Below, one piece after another: positions 53,028 through 62,800 of a stretch of DNA of 64,000 nucleotides. The notes under the pieces were generated by a model. That model searched no databases. It had not been told where the DNA came from and saw only the letters and a program-made list of their open reading frames with translations. This stretch comes from Frankiales bacterium (GTDB lineage Bacteria; Actinomycetota; Actinomycetes; Mycobacteriales; SCTD01), in contig JAODND010000034.1 in the NCBI GenBank assembly GCA_025465465.1, forward strand, positions 8,099-72,098. The letters are read 5' to 3'. Made by a program: the position numbers and the translations under genes. How positions within the stretch are numbered: the first letter of the stretch is position 1; each line of letters opens with the position of its first letter.

Positions 53028-53285
53028 GTGCCCGAGTCCAAGAAGCGGAAGAAGTCGGTCTACGTGCCGCCTCCGACCCCAGCCGCCTCGCGGAAGAAGG
53101 GGCCGAGCCCGGTCTGGGTGCCCGCCCTCATGCTCGCGCTCATGCTGATCGGTGTGGCCTGGCTGGTCGTCTTCTACATGGCCAGCACCTCGATGCCGCT
53201 CGTCGGTGACCTCGGCAACTACAACCTGCTGATCGGCTTCGGGTTCATCGTGGCGGGGTTCGCGATGTCCACCCAGTGGCGCTGA
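53028..53285 (+). CDS. crgA: cell division protein CrgA
   Basis: 85 aa. MPESKKRKKSVYVPP...SPVWVPALMLALMLIGVAWLVVFY...NLLIGFGFIVAGFAMSTQWR has two TM segments and a canonical CrgA C-terminus. Confidence 0.9.
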   Translation: MPESKKRKKSVYVPPPTPAASRKKGPSPVWVPALMLALMLIGVAWLVVFYMASTSMPLVGDLGNYNLLIGFGFIVAGFAMSTQWR

Positions 53286-53327
53286 GCCTACTTACACAGC
53301 TGTAGTTCTCCCCAGGAGTTACCCACA

Positions 53328-53705
53328 GTGTGGAAACCCGCTCGCGGTTGGGGCTGGGGTCAGCTCACCCTCGCCGCCGTGCTCATCGCGGGGCTGTTCG
53401 GCGTCGACCGGCTGAGCTGGGTGATCCTGCTGCCCGTCGCTGTGGGCACTGCGGCATCAGGCCTGCGCGACCTGCTGCTCAGCCCGGTCCTCACGGCCGA
53501 CGCGGACGGCCTGCTGGTCGTCGACGGGGTACGGCGGGTGCGCGCGGGCTGGTCTGAGGTCGAGCGACTCCGGACGGTGCAGGACCGGCGCACCCCGCTG
53601 CTCGAGCTCGACCTCGGTGACCGGGTCGTGGTTCTCACAAGCCGCCGCCTCGGCGCCCCCGTGGACGAGGTGCTCGCAGCGCTGGAGGAGCTGCGGCTCA
53701 GCTGA
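53328..53705 (+). CDS. PH-domain-like membrane protein
   Basis: GTG start, two TM segments, then LLVVDGVRRVRAGWSEVERLRTVQDRRTPLLELDLGDRVVVLTSRRLG, which is bacterial PH-like. Confidence 0.6.
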   Translation: MWKPARGWGWGQLTLAAVLIAGLFGVDRLSWVILLPVAVGTAASGLRDLLLSPVLTADADGLLVVDGVRRVRAGWSEVERLRTVQDRRTPLLELDLGDRVVVLTSRRLGAPVDEVLAALEELRLS

Positions 53706-54600
53706 GCTGGGCGGTCCTGGCCGCGACCATCGCTGCAATGACCAGTGCGACCACGACGCCGCCGGCCGCCTGGTAGCCACTGCGCTGCAAGCTGTCGGGC
53801 TTGCTGTTCGGCGCAGTGACGATCACCCACGACAGGGCTGCCCCCGTGACGAGGCCGCCCACGTGGCCGCGCCAGTCGATGCCGGACAGCGAGAAGCTGA
53901 GGAACAGGTTCAGCGCGATGGTGGTCGTGATCGAGGTGACGTCGAGGTTGCGCTTGCGGCCGAAGACATACCACGCGCCGAACAGCCCGAAGACCGCGCC
54001 GGACGCGCCGGCGGCCAGCTCGTACTGCGGGCCGAAGGCGTACGACAGGGCGGCGCCGCCGAGTCCCGACAGGAGGTAGGTCGCCGCGAAGCGCAGCTGG
54101 CCGAACGCCTGCTCCAGCGCGGGGCCCAACATGTAGAGGGCCACCATGTTCAGGGCGAGGTGGATGATCCCGAAGTGCAGGAAGGTCGAGGTCAGCAGCC
54201 GGTAGTACTGACCGTCCGCGACCCCGTGCTGCACGACCTGGGCGCCGTTGGCGTCGGTGTAGGAGTAGCCGTGCGGGACGAGGGCCAGCTTGCGGAAGAC
54301 CGCGTTGTTGACGTCCCCGTTCAGGATGCCTGAGCCGCTCGTCGTGGCCACCAGCATGATCACGTTGATCGCGATCAGCGTGTAGGTCACATACGGGACG
54401 CTGCGCGCCCGCCCCCCGTACGCCGCCTTGACGGAACGCAGGGTCTTGCCGCCCGCCTTGACGCAGTCCGGGCACTGGAAGCCGACCGAGGCCTCCCGCA
54501 TGCACTCAGGGCAGATCGGGTTGCCGCATCGCGTGCAGCTGACGTAGGTCTCCCGATCCGGGTGGCGGTAGCAGACCGGGGCTGCCTGCTGCTCGCTCAG
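53698..54600 (-). CDS. rhomboid family intramembrane serine protease with N-terminal zinc ribbon
   Basis: [25 protein letters not shown]...FQCPDCV (Zn ribbon). [19 protein letters not shown] (GxSG catalytic Ser). GHVGGLVTG (His). There is no ATG/GTG/TTG just upstream of the ribbon. The only nearby candidate is CTG at 54600, overlapping the ppiA stop. Confidence 0.85.
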   Translation of the reverse strand: MSEQQAAPVCYRHPDRETYVSCTRCGNPICPECMREASVGFQCPDCVKAGGKTLRSVKAAYGGRARSVPYVTYTLIAINVIMLVATTSGSGILNGDVNNAVFRKLALVPHGYSYTDANGAQVVQHGVADGQYYRLLTSTFLHFGIIHLALNMVALYMLGPALEQAFGQLRFAATYLLSGLGGAALSYAFGPQYELAAGASGAVFGLFGAWYVFGRKRNLDVTSITTTIALNLFLSFSLSGIDWRGHVGGLVTGAALSWVIVTAPNSKPDSLQRSGYQAAGGVVVALVIAAMVAARTAQLS

Positions 54601-55139
54601 CTGTCGACCTGCTCGATCGTGATGCTGTCGATGACAACCTCGTCCCTGGGACGGTCCATGGCACCGACGGGCGTCTTGGCGATCGCGTCGACGACGTCGC
54701 GGCCGGCCTGGTCCGCGACCTCGCCAAAGATCGTGTGCTTGGTGTTGAGCCACGGCGTGGCGGCCACGGTCACGAAGAACTGCGAGCCGTTGGTGCCGGG
54801 ACCGGCGTTGGCCATCGCCAGCAGGTAGGGCTTGGAGAACTGCAGCTCCGGGTGGATCTCGTCGTTGAAGCGGTAGCCGGGGCCACCGGTGCCGGTGCCG
54901 AGCGGGTCGCCGCCCTGGATCATGAAGCCGTCGATGACCCGGTGGAACGCCGTGCCGGCGTAGAGCGAGCCCTCGCCCTTCGCGCCGGTGCGCGGGTCGG
55001 TCCACTCCCCGGTGCCGTCGGCCAGGCCCACGAAGTTCTTCACCGTCTTCGGGGCGTGGTCCGGGAACAGCCGCACACGGATGTCACCGCGGTTGGTGGA
55101 GAGGGTGGCAAACAGCTCGGTGGCCACAAGGGCTCCCAT
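54597..55139 (-). CDS. ppiA: peptidyl-prolyl cis-trans isomerase (cyclophilin type)
   Basis: [15 protein letters not shown]...[15 protein letters not shown]...HTIFGEV. Confidence 0.95.
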   Translation of the reverse strand: MGALVATELFATLSTNRGDIRVRLFPDHAPKTVKNFVGLADGTGEWTDPRTGAKGEGSLYAGTAFHRVIDGFMIQGGDPLGTGTGGPGYRFNDEIHPELQFSKPYLLAMANAGPGTNGSQFFVTVAATPWLNTKHTIFGEVADQAGRDVVDAIAKTPVGAMDRPRDEVVIDSITIEQVDS

Positions 55140-55166
55140 CGGTGTCGGGGTCAGACCCGGATCACT

Positions 55167-56840
55167 CTAGGAGGGTTCCGAACCGCGGGGCGTCGGGGTG
55201 ACGACGTCCGCGTCGTCGCTGCCCGCCGGCCTGCCCAGGCGCTGGCTCACGGCCCGCCGCAGCAGCGCGTCGACCTGAGCCTCCGGTGGCACTCCCTCGC
55301 TGACCGACGTGCGGTCTCGACCGGCGTGCTTGGAGCGGTAGAGCGCCTCGTCCGCGGCGCGCACCAGGGTGTCGGCGTCTCCTGCGTGCGACGGGTAGGT
55401 CGCGACGCCGGCGGACGCGGTGATCGGGACGATCGAGGGGGCGGCACCGACGGCGCGGCGCAGCCGTTCGGCGATGTCCAGCGCCTCGTCCGGGCCGCAG
55501 CCGGGCAGGATGACGGCGAACTCCTCACCGCCGTAGCGGGCTGGGGTGTCGAAGTCACGGCACTCGCAGGACAGCGAGGCCGCGACGTTGCGCAGCACTT
55601 CGTCACCTGCCTGGTGCCCGTGGGTGTCGTTCAGCCCCTTGAAGTGGTCGATGTCGACCATCACGAGGCTGACGTGCTCGGCGCTGCGGGTCGCACGGGC
55701 GACCTCCCGCTCCAGGGTGGCCTCAAAGGTGCGGCGGTTGGCGATCTTGGTGAGGCCGTCGGTCGCGGCAAGGCGTTGCACCTGCTCGAGCAGCCAGGCG
55801 TTGCGCAGGGCGAGCGCGGCATAGGAGGCGGAGCGCTCGAGGCCGGTGACGACGCGGCGCTGGATGCGGTGGCCGCCGGTGTGCTCGACGACGAGGGCAC
55901 CGAGCGAACGGCCCTCGGCCGACAGTGGGACGACCACGAGGTTGGCGGCGCCCGGGAGCAGCCGGGCCAGCCACGGGTCAGCCTCGGTGTCGAGACCGCG
56001 GACGAGCACCGTGGCCTTCGACTCGTGCGCCTGACCGACGACCAGCGACGGGCCCGGCCGTCCGGGACGGCGGGCCACGTCCTCGTCGAGGCCATAGGAC
56101 GCGAGCACCGGCAGGTGGCCTTCGGAGCTCGCCAGGACGACACCGCGCGGGAAGCCGTAGGTGGTGACGGCGGCGTCGAGCAGGGTCCGGGCGACCGAGC
56201 TCGAGTCGTCCGTGCGCTCGATCTGCTCTGCGAGGCTGGTCAAGGCCTCGAGGTCACCGCGGCGCCGGCGCAGCTCGCGTTCGTTGATCGCGGACAGCGT
56301 GCTGGTGGAGAACGCGACCAGCCACAGCACGACGATGAAGATGGCCAGCCTGTGGTCGGCCGAGCCGTAGCCGGTGAGGTTGGCGGGGGACGTGTCGCTC
56401 AGCACATGGCCCGCGACCATGTTGCGGATCGTGAAGAGCAGCAGCGAGTGCCAGACGGCCAGCTTGATGCCGGTGCGGTAGGACGCCAGCAGGCAGACGG
56501 CTCCGAGGTGCAGCAGCATCGCGTAGCGCAGCGGGCTGGTGGTGCTGCCGGTGAGCCAGCTGGCGCCGGCGAGCCATACCCCGTCGACCATCAGCATGCC
56601 GCTGAACAGCAGCAGCGTCCGGCGAGGCAGCGTACGCGCGAGCACCTCTGCGATCCCGGTGAGGCAGAGGAAGCCGAGCGTCCACGGCACGAGGTCGTGC
56701 CGGTCGGGCAGCAGCGTGTCCGGCGCGAGCAGCTTGCACAGCAGCACCAGACCCACGGCACCGAGCCGCAGCCACTGGGTGATCCGGAAGCGCTCGGTGA
56801 CCGGAACGGCATCGCCGGGCAGGGTCGCGACACGGGTCAT
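55167..56840 (-). CDS. membrane-bound GAF-GGDEF diguanylate cyclase
   Basis: About 6 N-terminal TM segments, a GAF-like middle, and DGLTKIANRR...VMVDIDHFKGLNDTHGHQAGD...RDFDTPARYGGEEFAV. The A-site is GGEEF, with an RxxD I-site 5 residues upstream. The ATG overlaps the stop of the giant upstream gene (ATGA). Confidence 0.9.
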   Translation of the reverse strand: MTRVATLPGDAVPVTERFRITQWLRLGAVGLVLLCKLLAPDTLLPDRHDLVPWTLGFLCLTGIAEVLARTLPRRTLLLFSGMLMVDGVWLAGASWLTGSTTSPLRYAMLLHLGAVCLLASYRTGIKLAVWHSLLLFTIRNMVAGHVLSDTSPANLTGYGSADHRLAIFIVVLWLVAFSTSTLSAINERELRRRRGDLEALTSLAEQIERTDDSSSVARTLLDAAVTTYGFPRGVVLASSEGHLPVLASYGLDEDVARRPGRPGPSLVVGQAHESKATVLVRGLDTEADPWLARLLPGAANLVVVPLSAEGRSLGALVVEHTGGHRIQRRVVTGLERSASYAALALRNAWLLEQVQRLAATDGLTKIANRRTFEATLEREVARATRSAEHVSLVMVDIDHFKGLNDTHGHQAGDEVLRNVAASLSCECRDFDTPARYGGEEFAVILPGCGPDEALDIAERLRRAVGAAPSIVPITASAGVATYPSHAGDADTLVRAADEALYRSKHAGRDRTSVSEGVPPEAQVDALLRRAVSQRLGRPAGSDDADVVTPTPRGSEPS

Positions 56841-59800
56841 GCCGGGGCACCTCCTCCCAGGTGGAGGACCGGACCGAAGTCGAGCTCCGGCTCCGCTCCG
56901 ACGGGCGCCGACGCGAGCTTGGGGTCACGTCGGTCGATGCGGTTCTGCAGCAGGAGGAAGCCAATCACGACGCCGAGCACGACGAGGGGGATCGTGGGTT
57001 TCCGTGCCACCTGAGCCAGCGTGTTGCCGATCGCCTGCGGCACCTCCTTGGTGATGAGAGCGCCGGGGGTGGGCACGGTGAGCATCCGGTCGACAGCCCG
57101 CTTCACCGGTCCGCTCGTTCCCTGATGCGCGGGTACGAGGCCGGAGCCCGCGGGAGGCTGGGTCGGGTGGACGGGCGGCGGTGTGCTGACTCCCGGCAGG
57201 CCGGTCGATGGCGTACCCGGCTTTCCGACGTGGTGCACCACCGTCGGGGGGGTGACCGACGACGCGCGGTAGTCGTAGGGGGTGCTGCGGGTGAAGGGCC
57301 CCTCGTCGCCCCGGGTGTTGATCAGCTGGACCGTCAGGAAGTACAGCCCGTGCGGCTGGGACGACAGGTCGGCCGTGAAGCGGCCGGACGAGCAGGATGC
57401 CTGCGCGAGCACGGCCTCGCCCGCGTTGGAGAGCAGACAGGCTGCCGTGTAGGACGGGGGCACCGTGAAGGTCCAGGTGGGACGGGTGCCCGGACCGGAC
57501 GCCGGCGTCCTGAGATCGGTGACGGCGGGGACGGGCGAGACGAACGTGTAGCGCGACGAGACGGGCGTCGCCCGGTTCCCCGCGGGATCCACGGCCCAGA
57601 CCCACAGCAGCCACGTCCCTGTCTGGGTGAGCAGTTCCGTGTGCGGGGAGCGGCAGCTCTTCGACGCAGCATCCGACGGAGCCACGCCCCCCTTAGTGAG
57701 CTGGCAGCGGAAGCTGGTGCCTGCGGCACTGAGCGGTCCGCTCGTCAGCGAACCGGAGCGCAGCGCGGTGCTGGGCTCGCCGAAGGTCCAGGTCACCCGG
57801 GGAGTCGTCCCCACATCGGCGGCGAGCGGGCGGATCTGTGCCGGAGCTGGCGGGATGCTGTCGAAGAAGTACGACGCCATCGCGGTCCCACTGACGTTGC
57901 CGGCGGCGTCCTGGCCCTGCACCGAGAGGGACACCGCGCCCTGCGAGCGGGGCGCCATCCCCACCAGCGCGACGGTGTTGCTGCCCAGTGCGCAGGGGGA
58001 CGCGGTGGCCGGCTTGCCGTCGAAGCGGGTGACGGAGCAGGTCAGGCCCACGATGTCCTTGCTGCCTGCGCCCTCGGCGATGCGAAACACCGGGCTGGTG
58101 GAGTTGCCCGGCGACTTCAGCGGCGGGCTGACCTCCGGGGGGACAGGGGCGTTGCTGTCCAGCAGGTACGGCGGCGCGGACACCGGAGCCGACACGTTGC
58201 CGGCCGGGTCGGTCTCACGAGCCTGCAGGGTGTAGGAGCCGGAGGTCGCCGGCGCGAGGTCGTAGGTCACCGGGGCAGCGCAGGGCGCCCAGCTCGAACC
58301 GGGCAGTCCCACGAGCCGGCACTCGAGCAGGTCGCCCGGCTCGCTCACTTCGACACCCCACACCGGCGTGACGACCGGACCGGGTGAACCCGGGGTCTTC
58401 GTGATGAGCGGCGCGCCGGGGGCGGTGCGGTCGACGATGTAGTCGGCGGTCACGAGCGGACCGAGGTTGCCCGCGGCGTCCTGCGCGCGAACCGTGAGTG
58501 AGTACGTGCCGTCGGGCTGCTGGCCGAGGTCGGTGACGAGCGGCGAGCTGCAGGGCTGCTCAGCGGTGACGGCACCGGAGATCGACAGCAGCTGGCACAG
58601 CGCCGTGCTGCCGCCCTCGACGGCGAAGGACCACGTCACACTCCCGGCGTTGCTCGGTGACGGGGTGAGGGCCCGCAGCCCCGTCGGCGCGGCCGGCGCG
58701 AGAGTGTCGAGCACATAGGCACTCGAGACGCTCGGGCCGAGGTTGCCGGACGCGTCGCGGGCGCGGACGATCAGCACATAGGTCCCGTCGTTCGCGGACG
58801 TGAGGTCGGCGGTGAAGCTGCCCTGCCCGTTGGCCGACCCCGGGCACGTGGCAAACGCCGGCGGCGAGGCGGGGTCGGTCTGGAAGGCACACTCGAGCGT
58901 GCTGTCGGTGTCACCGATGAGGGTCCAGGTCACGACCCGCGCCGCTGCCGGTGTCCGCGGTGCCGTGACGACGACGGCGCTGGGCGCGGTCGTGTCGAGG
59001 ACGTATGCGGTCGACGTCGCGGAGGTCTTGTTGCCGGCGGCGTCCGACACCTGGACGGTCAGCGTGTAGCTGCCGTCCGTCAGCCCGGTGAGGTCGACGC
59101 CGAAGGGCGCTCCGGAGGGCGGCGCGGAGCAGCTGACCGGCGCGGCGACGGCGCCACCGGGTCCGTTGAGGGTGCACACGGCCGTCACACCCGGCTCGTC
59201 GTCGCTGACCGTCCACGTCGGCTGGAGGCCCTTCGACGGCGACGCGGGCGTGAGCATCGTCGCCGCCACCGGCGCCGCGCGGTCGAGCACATAGCTGCTG
59301 GTGGCGACGGCCGACAGGTTGCCCGCTGCGTCCACGGTCCGCGCGGTGAGGGTGTAAGTGCCGTCGGGTCCTGTCAGCGACGTGCTGAAGCCCGATGTGC
59401 AGTCGGTCCAGTCGACGAGGACGGTGCCGCCGAAGGTCAGCTGGCACTGCACCGTGCCCTCCGCGGTGCTGACCCCCCAGGCGGGCGCAGTGCTCTGGCT
59501 CGGGGAGCTGGGCGGTGTCAGCGTCGGCGTCGCCGGGGCGGTGGTGTCGAGCACATAGGTCTCCGACAGCGCCGGCCCGGTGTTGCCGGCGGCGTCCGTT
59601 GCCGTGACCGTGAACGTGTAGGTGTCATCCGTGCTGAGCGTCGGCGCGAAGGGGCTCGTGCACGGCGCCGACACCACCTGTCCGGTGCTGGCACCGGTGA
59701 CGGTGCAGGTGGTCGTGGTGCCGGCCTCCGCCGTGAAGCCCCAGCTCGGCGAGGTGGACGGCGACGGCGAGGCGGGCGTGCTCGTCGCCACCGGTGCGGC

Positions 59801-62800
59801 TGGGGCCGTCCGGTCGAGCACATAGCTGGCGGACCCGGTGCCGCCGGGGTTGCCTGCCACGTCCGTCGCGTCGACGGCGAGGGTGTACGCACCGTCCGCG
59901 CGGCCGGCGAGGTCGACCGTCACCGGGCTGGTGCAGGGGGCCGTAGCCGACACGACCGTCGCACCGCTCGTGACCGTGCACCGCGTGCTGCTCCCGGCTT
60001 CGCTGGTGAAGCCGAACACCGGACCGGTCGTCTGACTCGGACTTGTGGGGGCCGTCACGACGGGTGCCGCGGGCCCGGTGGTGTCGAGGGTGTACGTCGC
60101 CGAGACCACCGCGCTGGTCAGGCCCACCTCGTCGACGGCGCGCACCGTCAGCGTGTAGGTGCCGTCGGGCTGGTTGCGAAGGTCGGTCGTCCAGGGGAAC
60201 GTGCAGGCGGCCCAGTCGGCGACCACCCGGGCACCGGACGACGTCGCGCACTCAGCGGTGTCGCCCGCCGTGAACGTCGCCGACCACACCGGCATCGTGT
60301 CCCTGCCGGGACTCGCGGGCGCCGTGAGCACCGGCGCACCGGGCGGGGTCGTGTCGAGGACATAGGGGCCCGCCACACCGGCGCCGCTCTGGTTGCCCGC
60401 GGAGTCGGTGAGCTTCACCGAGACGTCCCAGGAGCCGTCGCCGACGAGGGTCGGCTGCCACGGCGTACTGCACGAGACAGCTGCCGCGGCGACCCCGTCG
60501 TGAACCAGGACGCAGCTGCCGCTGGTCCCGACCTCACCTGTCCAGCTGACCGTCGGCGAGGTGCCTGTCGACGGGCCGGTCGGCATGGCGACGACCGGGG
60601 CCGCGGGAGCAGTGGTGTCGAGCCGGTAGGCGAGCGACGTGCCGACGGCGCCGGTGTTGCCGGCCGCATCGATGGCCCGCACGTCGAGCTCGTAGTCGGC
60701 GTCCGGCATCGCACTCACGTCGGCGGTGTAGGGAGTGGTGCAGGAGGACCAGTCGTTCACCACCGTGGTGCCCTGCCGCCAGCGGCACTGCGTCGCAGCA
60801 CCCGGCTCGGCGGAGAACGGGAAGGCCGGTGCGCGCACCGCCGACGGGCTGCTGGGGGTGGTCACCGTCGGTGCCGCGGGCGCGGTCGTGTCCAGCTGGT
60901 AGGGCGCGGACTGCGCCGCCGGACTGACGTTGCCGGCCGCGTCCTGCACGGTCACCTGCAGGACGTAGCTGCCGTCGGAGGACAGCGGCACGGCGGTGCC
61001 GCTCGTGCAGGGTGCGGGTGCGCCGGGCACGCCGTCGCGGATGAGCACGCAGTTCGAGGCCGCGCCCGCCTCGGCGGTCCAGCTCCAGGTCGCGGTGGTC
61101 GTCTGCGCCGTCCCGGTCGGGCCCGACACGACCGGGGCAGCGGGTGCTGACGTGTCCAGCAGATAGGCGCTCGTGGTCGTCGCGGGGCTCACGTTGCCGG
61201 CCGCGTCGGTCAGCTGCACGACCACGACGTAGCTCGCGTCACCGGTGAGCGCCGGGCTGAAGGAGCCGCTGTTGCAGGGCACCTCGCTGCCCACCACGCC
61301 GGCCCGGTCGAGCCGGCAGCTCGCGGTCACGCCGGCCTCTCCGGTCCACGTCCACGTCGGGGCAGTCGTGTTGCCAGGACCTGCCGGACCGGCAACGGCC
61401 GGGGCGGCCGGGGCGGTGCGATCGGAGGTGTACGGCGCGCTGCTCGCGATCTGGGCGTCGTTGCCGGCGAGGTCGGTCACGAGGACGTCCACGGTGTAGG
61501 TGCCGTCGGAGGGGCTCGCGACCGTGTAGCGACCCGAGCTGCAGTCGCTCCAGGCACTGATGGCGATCCCCTGGACGAGGCGGCACTGCGCGGTGGTCCC
61601 GGCCTGGACCGGGAACGTCCAGGACGGCGCCAGGGCGTTGCCCGCTCCGGTCGGACCGCTGACGGTCGGGACGGTCGGCGCCGTGGTGTCGAGGGTGTAG
61701 GGCCAGGTCGTGACGGCCGCGTTCTGGGCGGTGTCGTGCGCCGTCACCTGCAACGTGTAGTCGCCGTCCGCGAGGCCGGTGAGGTCCGCTGTGTAGCTCG
61801 TCGTGCAGGGCGACACCCCGCCGGCGGTGCCCCCGCTGGGCGGGTTGCCGACGAGCAGCTGGCAGGTGATCGTGTCGCTGGCGTCGCCGACCAGCGACCA
61901 CGTCGGCGTGCGGTTGTTGCTCGGCCCGGTGGGCCCGGAGATGACGACCGCCGTCGGCGCTGTCGTGTCGAGCACATAGCCGAACGTCGTCGGTGCCGAC
62001 GTGTTGCCGGCGGCATCGGAGAGCCGGACCGCCAGCGTCCAGGTGCCGTCGCTCGCGAGGGCTGGTGTGTAGGACCCGCTGGTGCAGTCGGTCCAGGTCG
62101 GGGAGGTCGGCGCGCTCGTGCCGCTGTAGACGGTGCAGGTCGCGGTCCCGCCCGGGGTCTCGGGCGTGAACGTCACGGTCGGCGTCGTGTCGTTGCCGGG
62201 GCTCGACGGGGTGGTGAGGGCGGGCGGGGCGGGCGCCGTCCCGTCGTACAGGTAGGGGGTCGAGGTCGTGCCGACCACGCCGACGTTGCCGAGCGGATCG
62301 GTGAGCTGCGCCTGGAACACATAGCTGCCGTCACCCGGCAGCGTCGGGTAGAAGTCCCGTGCGCTGCAGTCCACCCAGGTGCCGTCCGTGACGACGCTGC
62401 CCACTGTGCGCTGCCACCGGCAGACCGCGGTGCTCGGGAGCTCGCCCATCCAGGTGACGTGTGGGGTCGCGGAGTTGGCCAGCCCCGTCGGACCCGAGAC
62501 GTCGGGCGCGTCCGGACCGGTCGTGTCGAGCAGGTAGGCCGCGCTGGTGGTGGCGACCGTGTTGCCATGGCCGTCGTCTTCGGTAACGACGAGCTGCCAG
62601 CTGTCGTCACCCGGCAACGTGAAGGTCGCCGGGGAGGAGCAGGGGGCGGTCGAGACCGTGCCGTGGGTGCTGCCGACGAGGGCGCACATCGTCGAGGCAC
62701 CCGGCTCGGTGAAGGTCCACGTCACCGAGGTCGACGTGCTCGGGCTGGTCGGCGGCGTCCCGAAGACCGCTGCCGCCGACGGCGTCGTGTCCAGGGTGTA

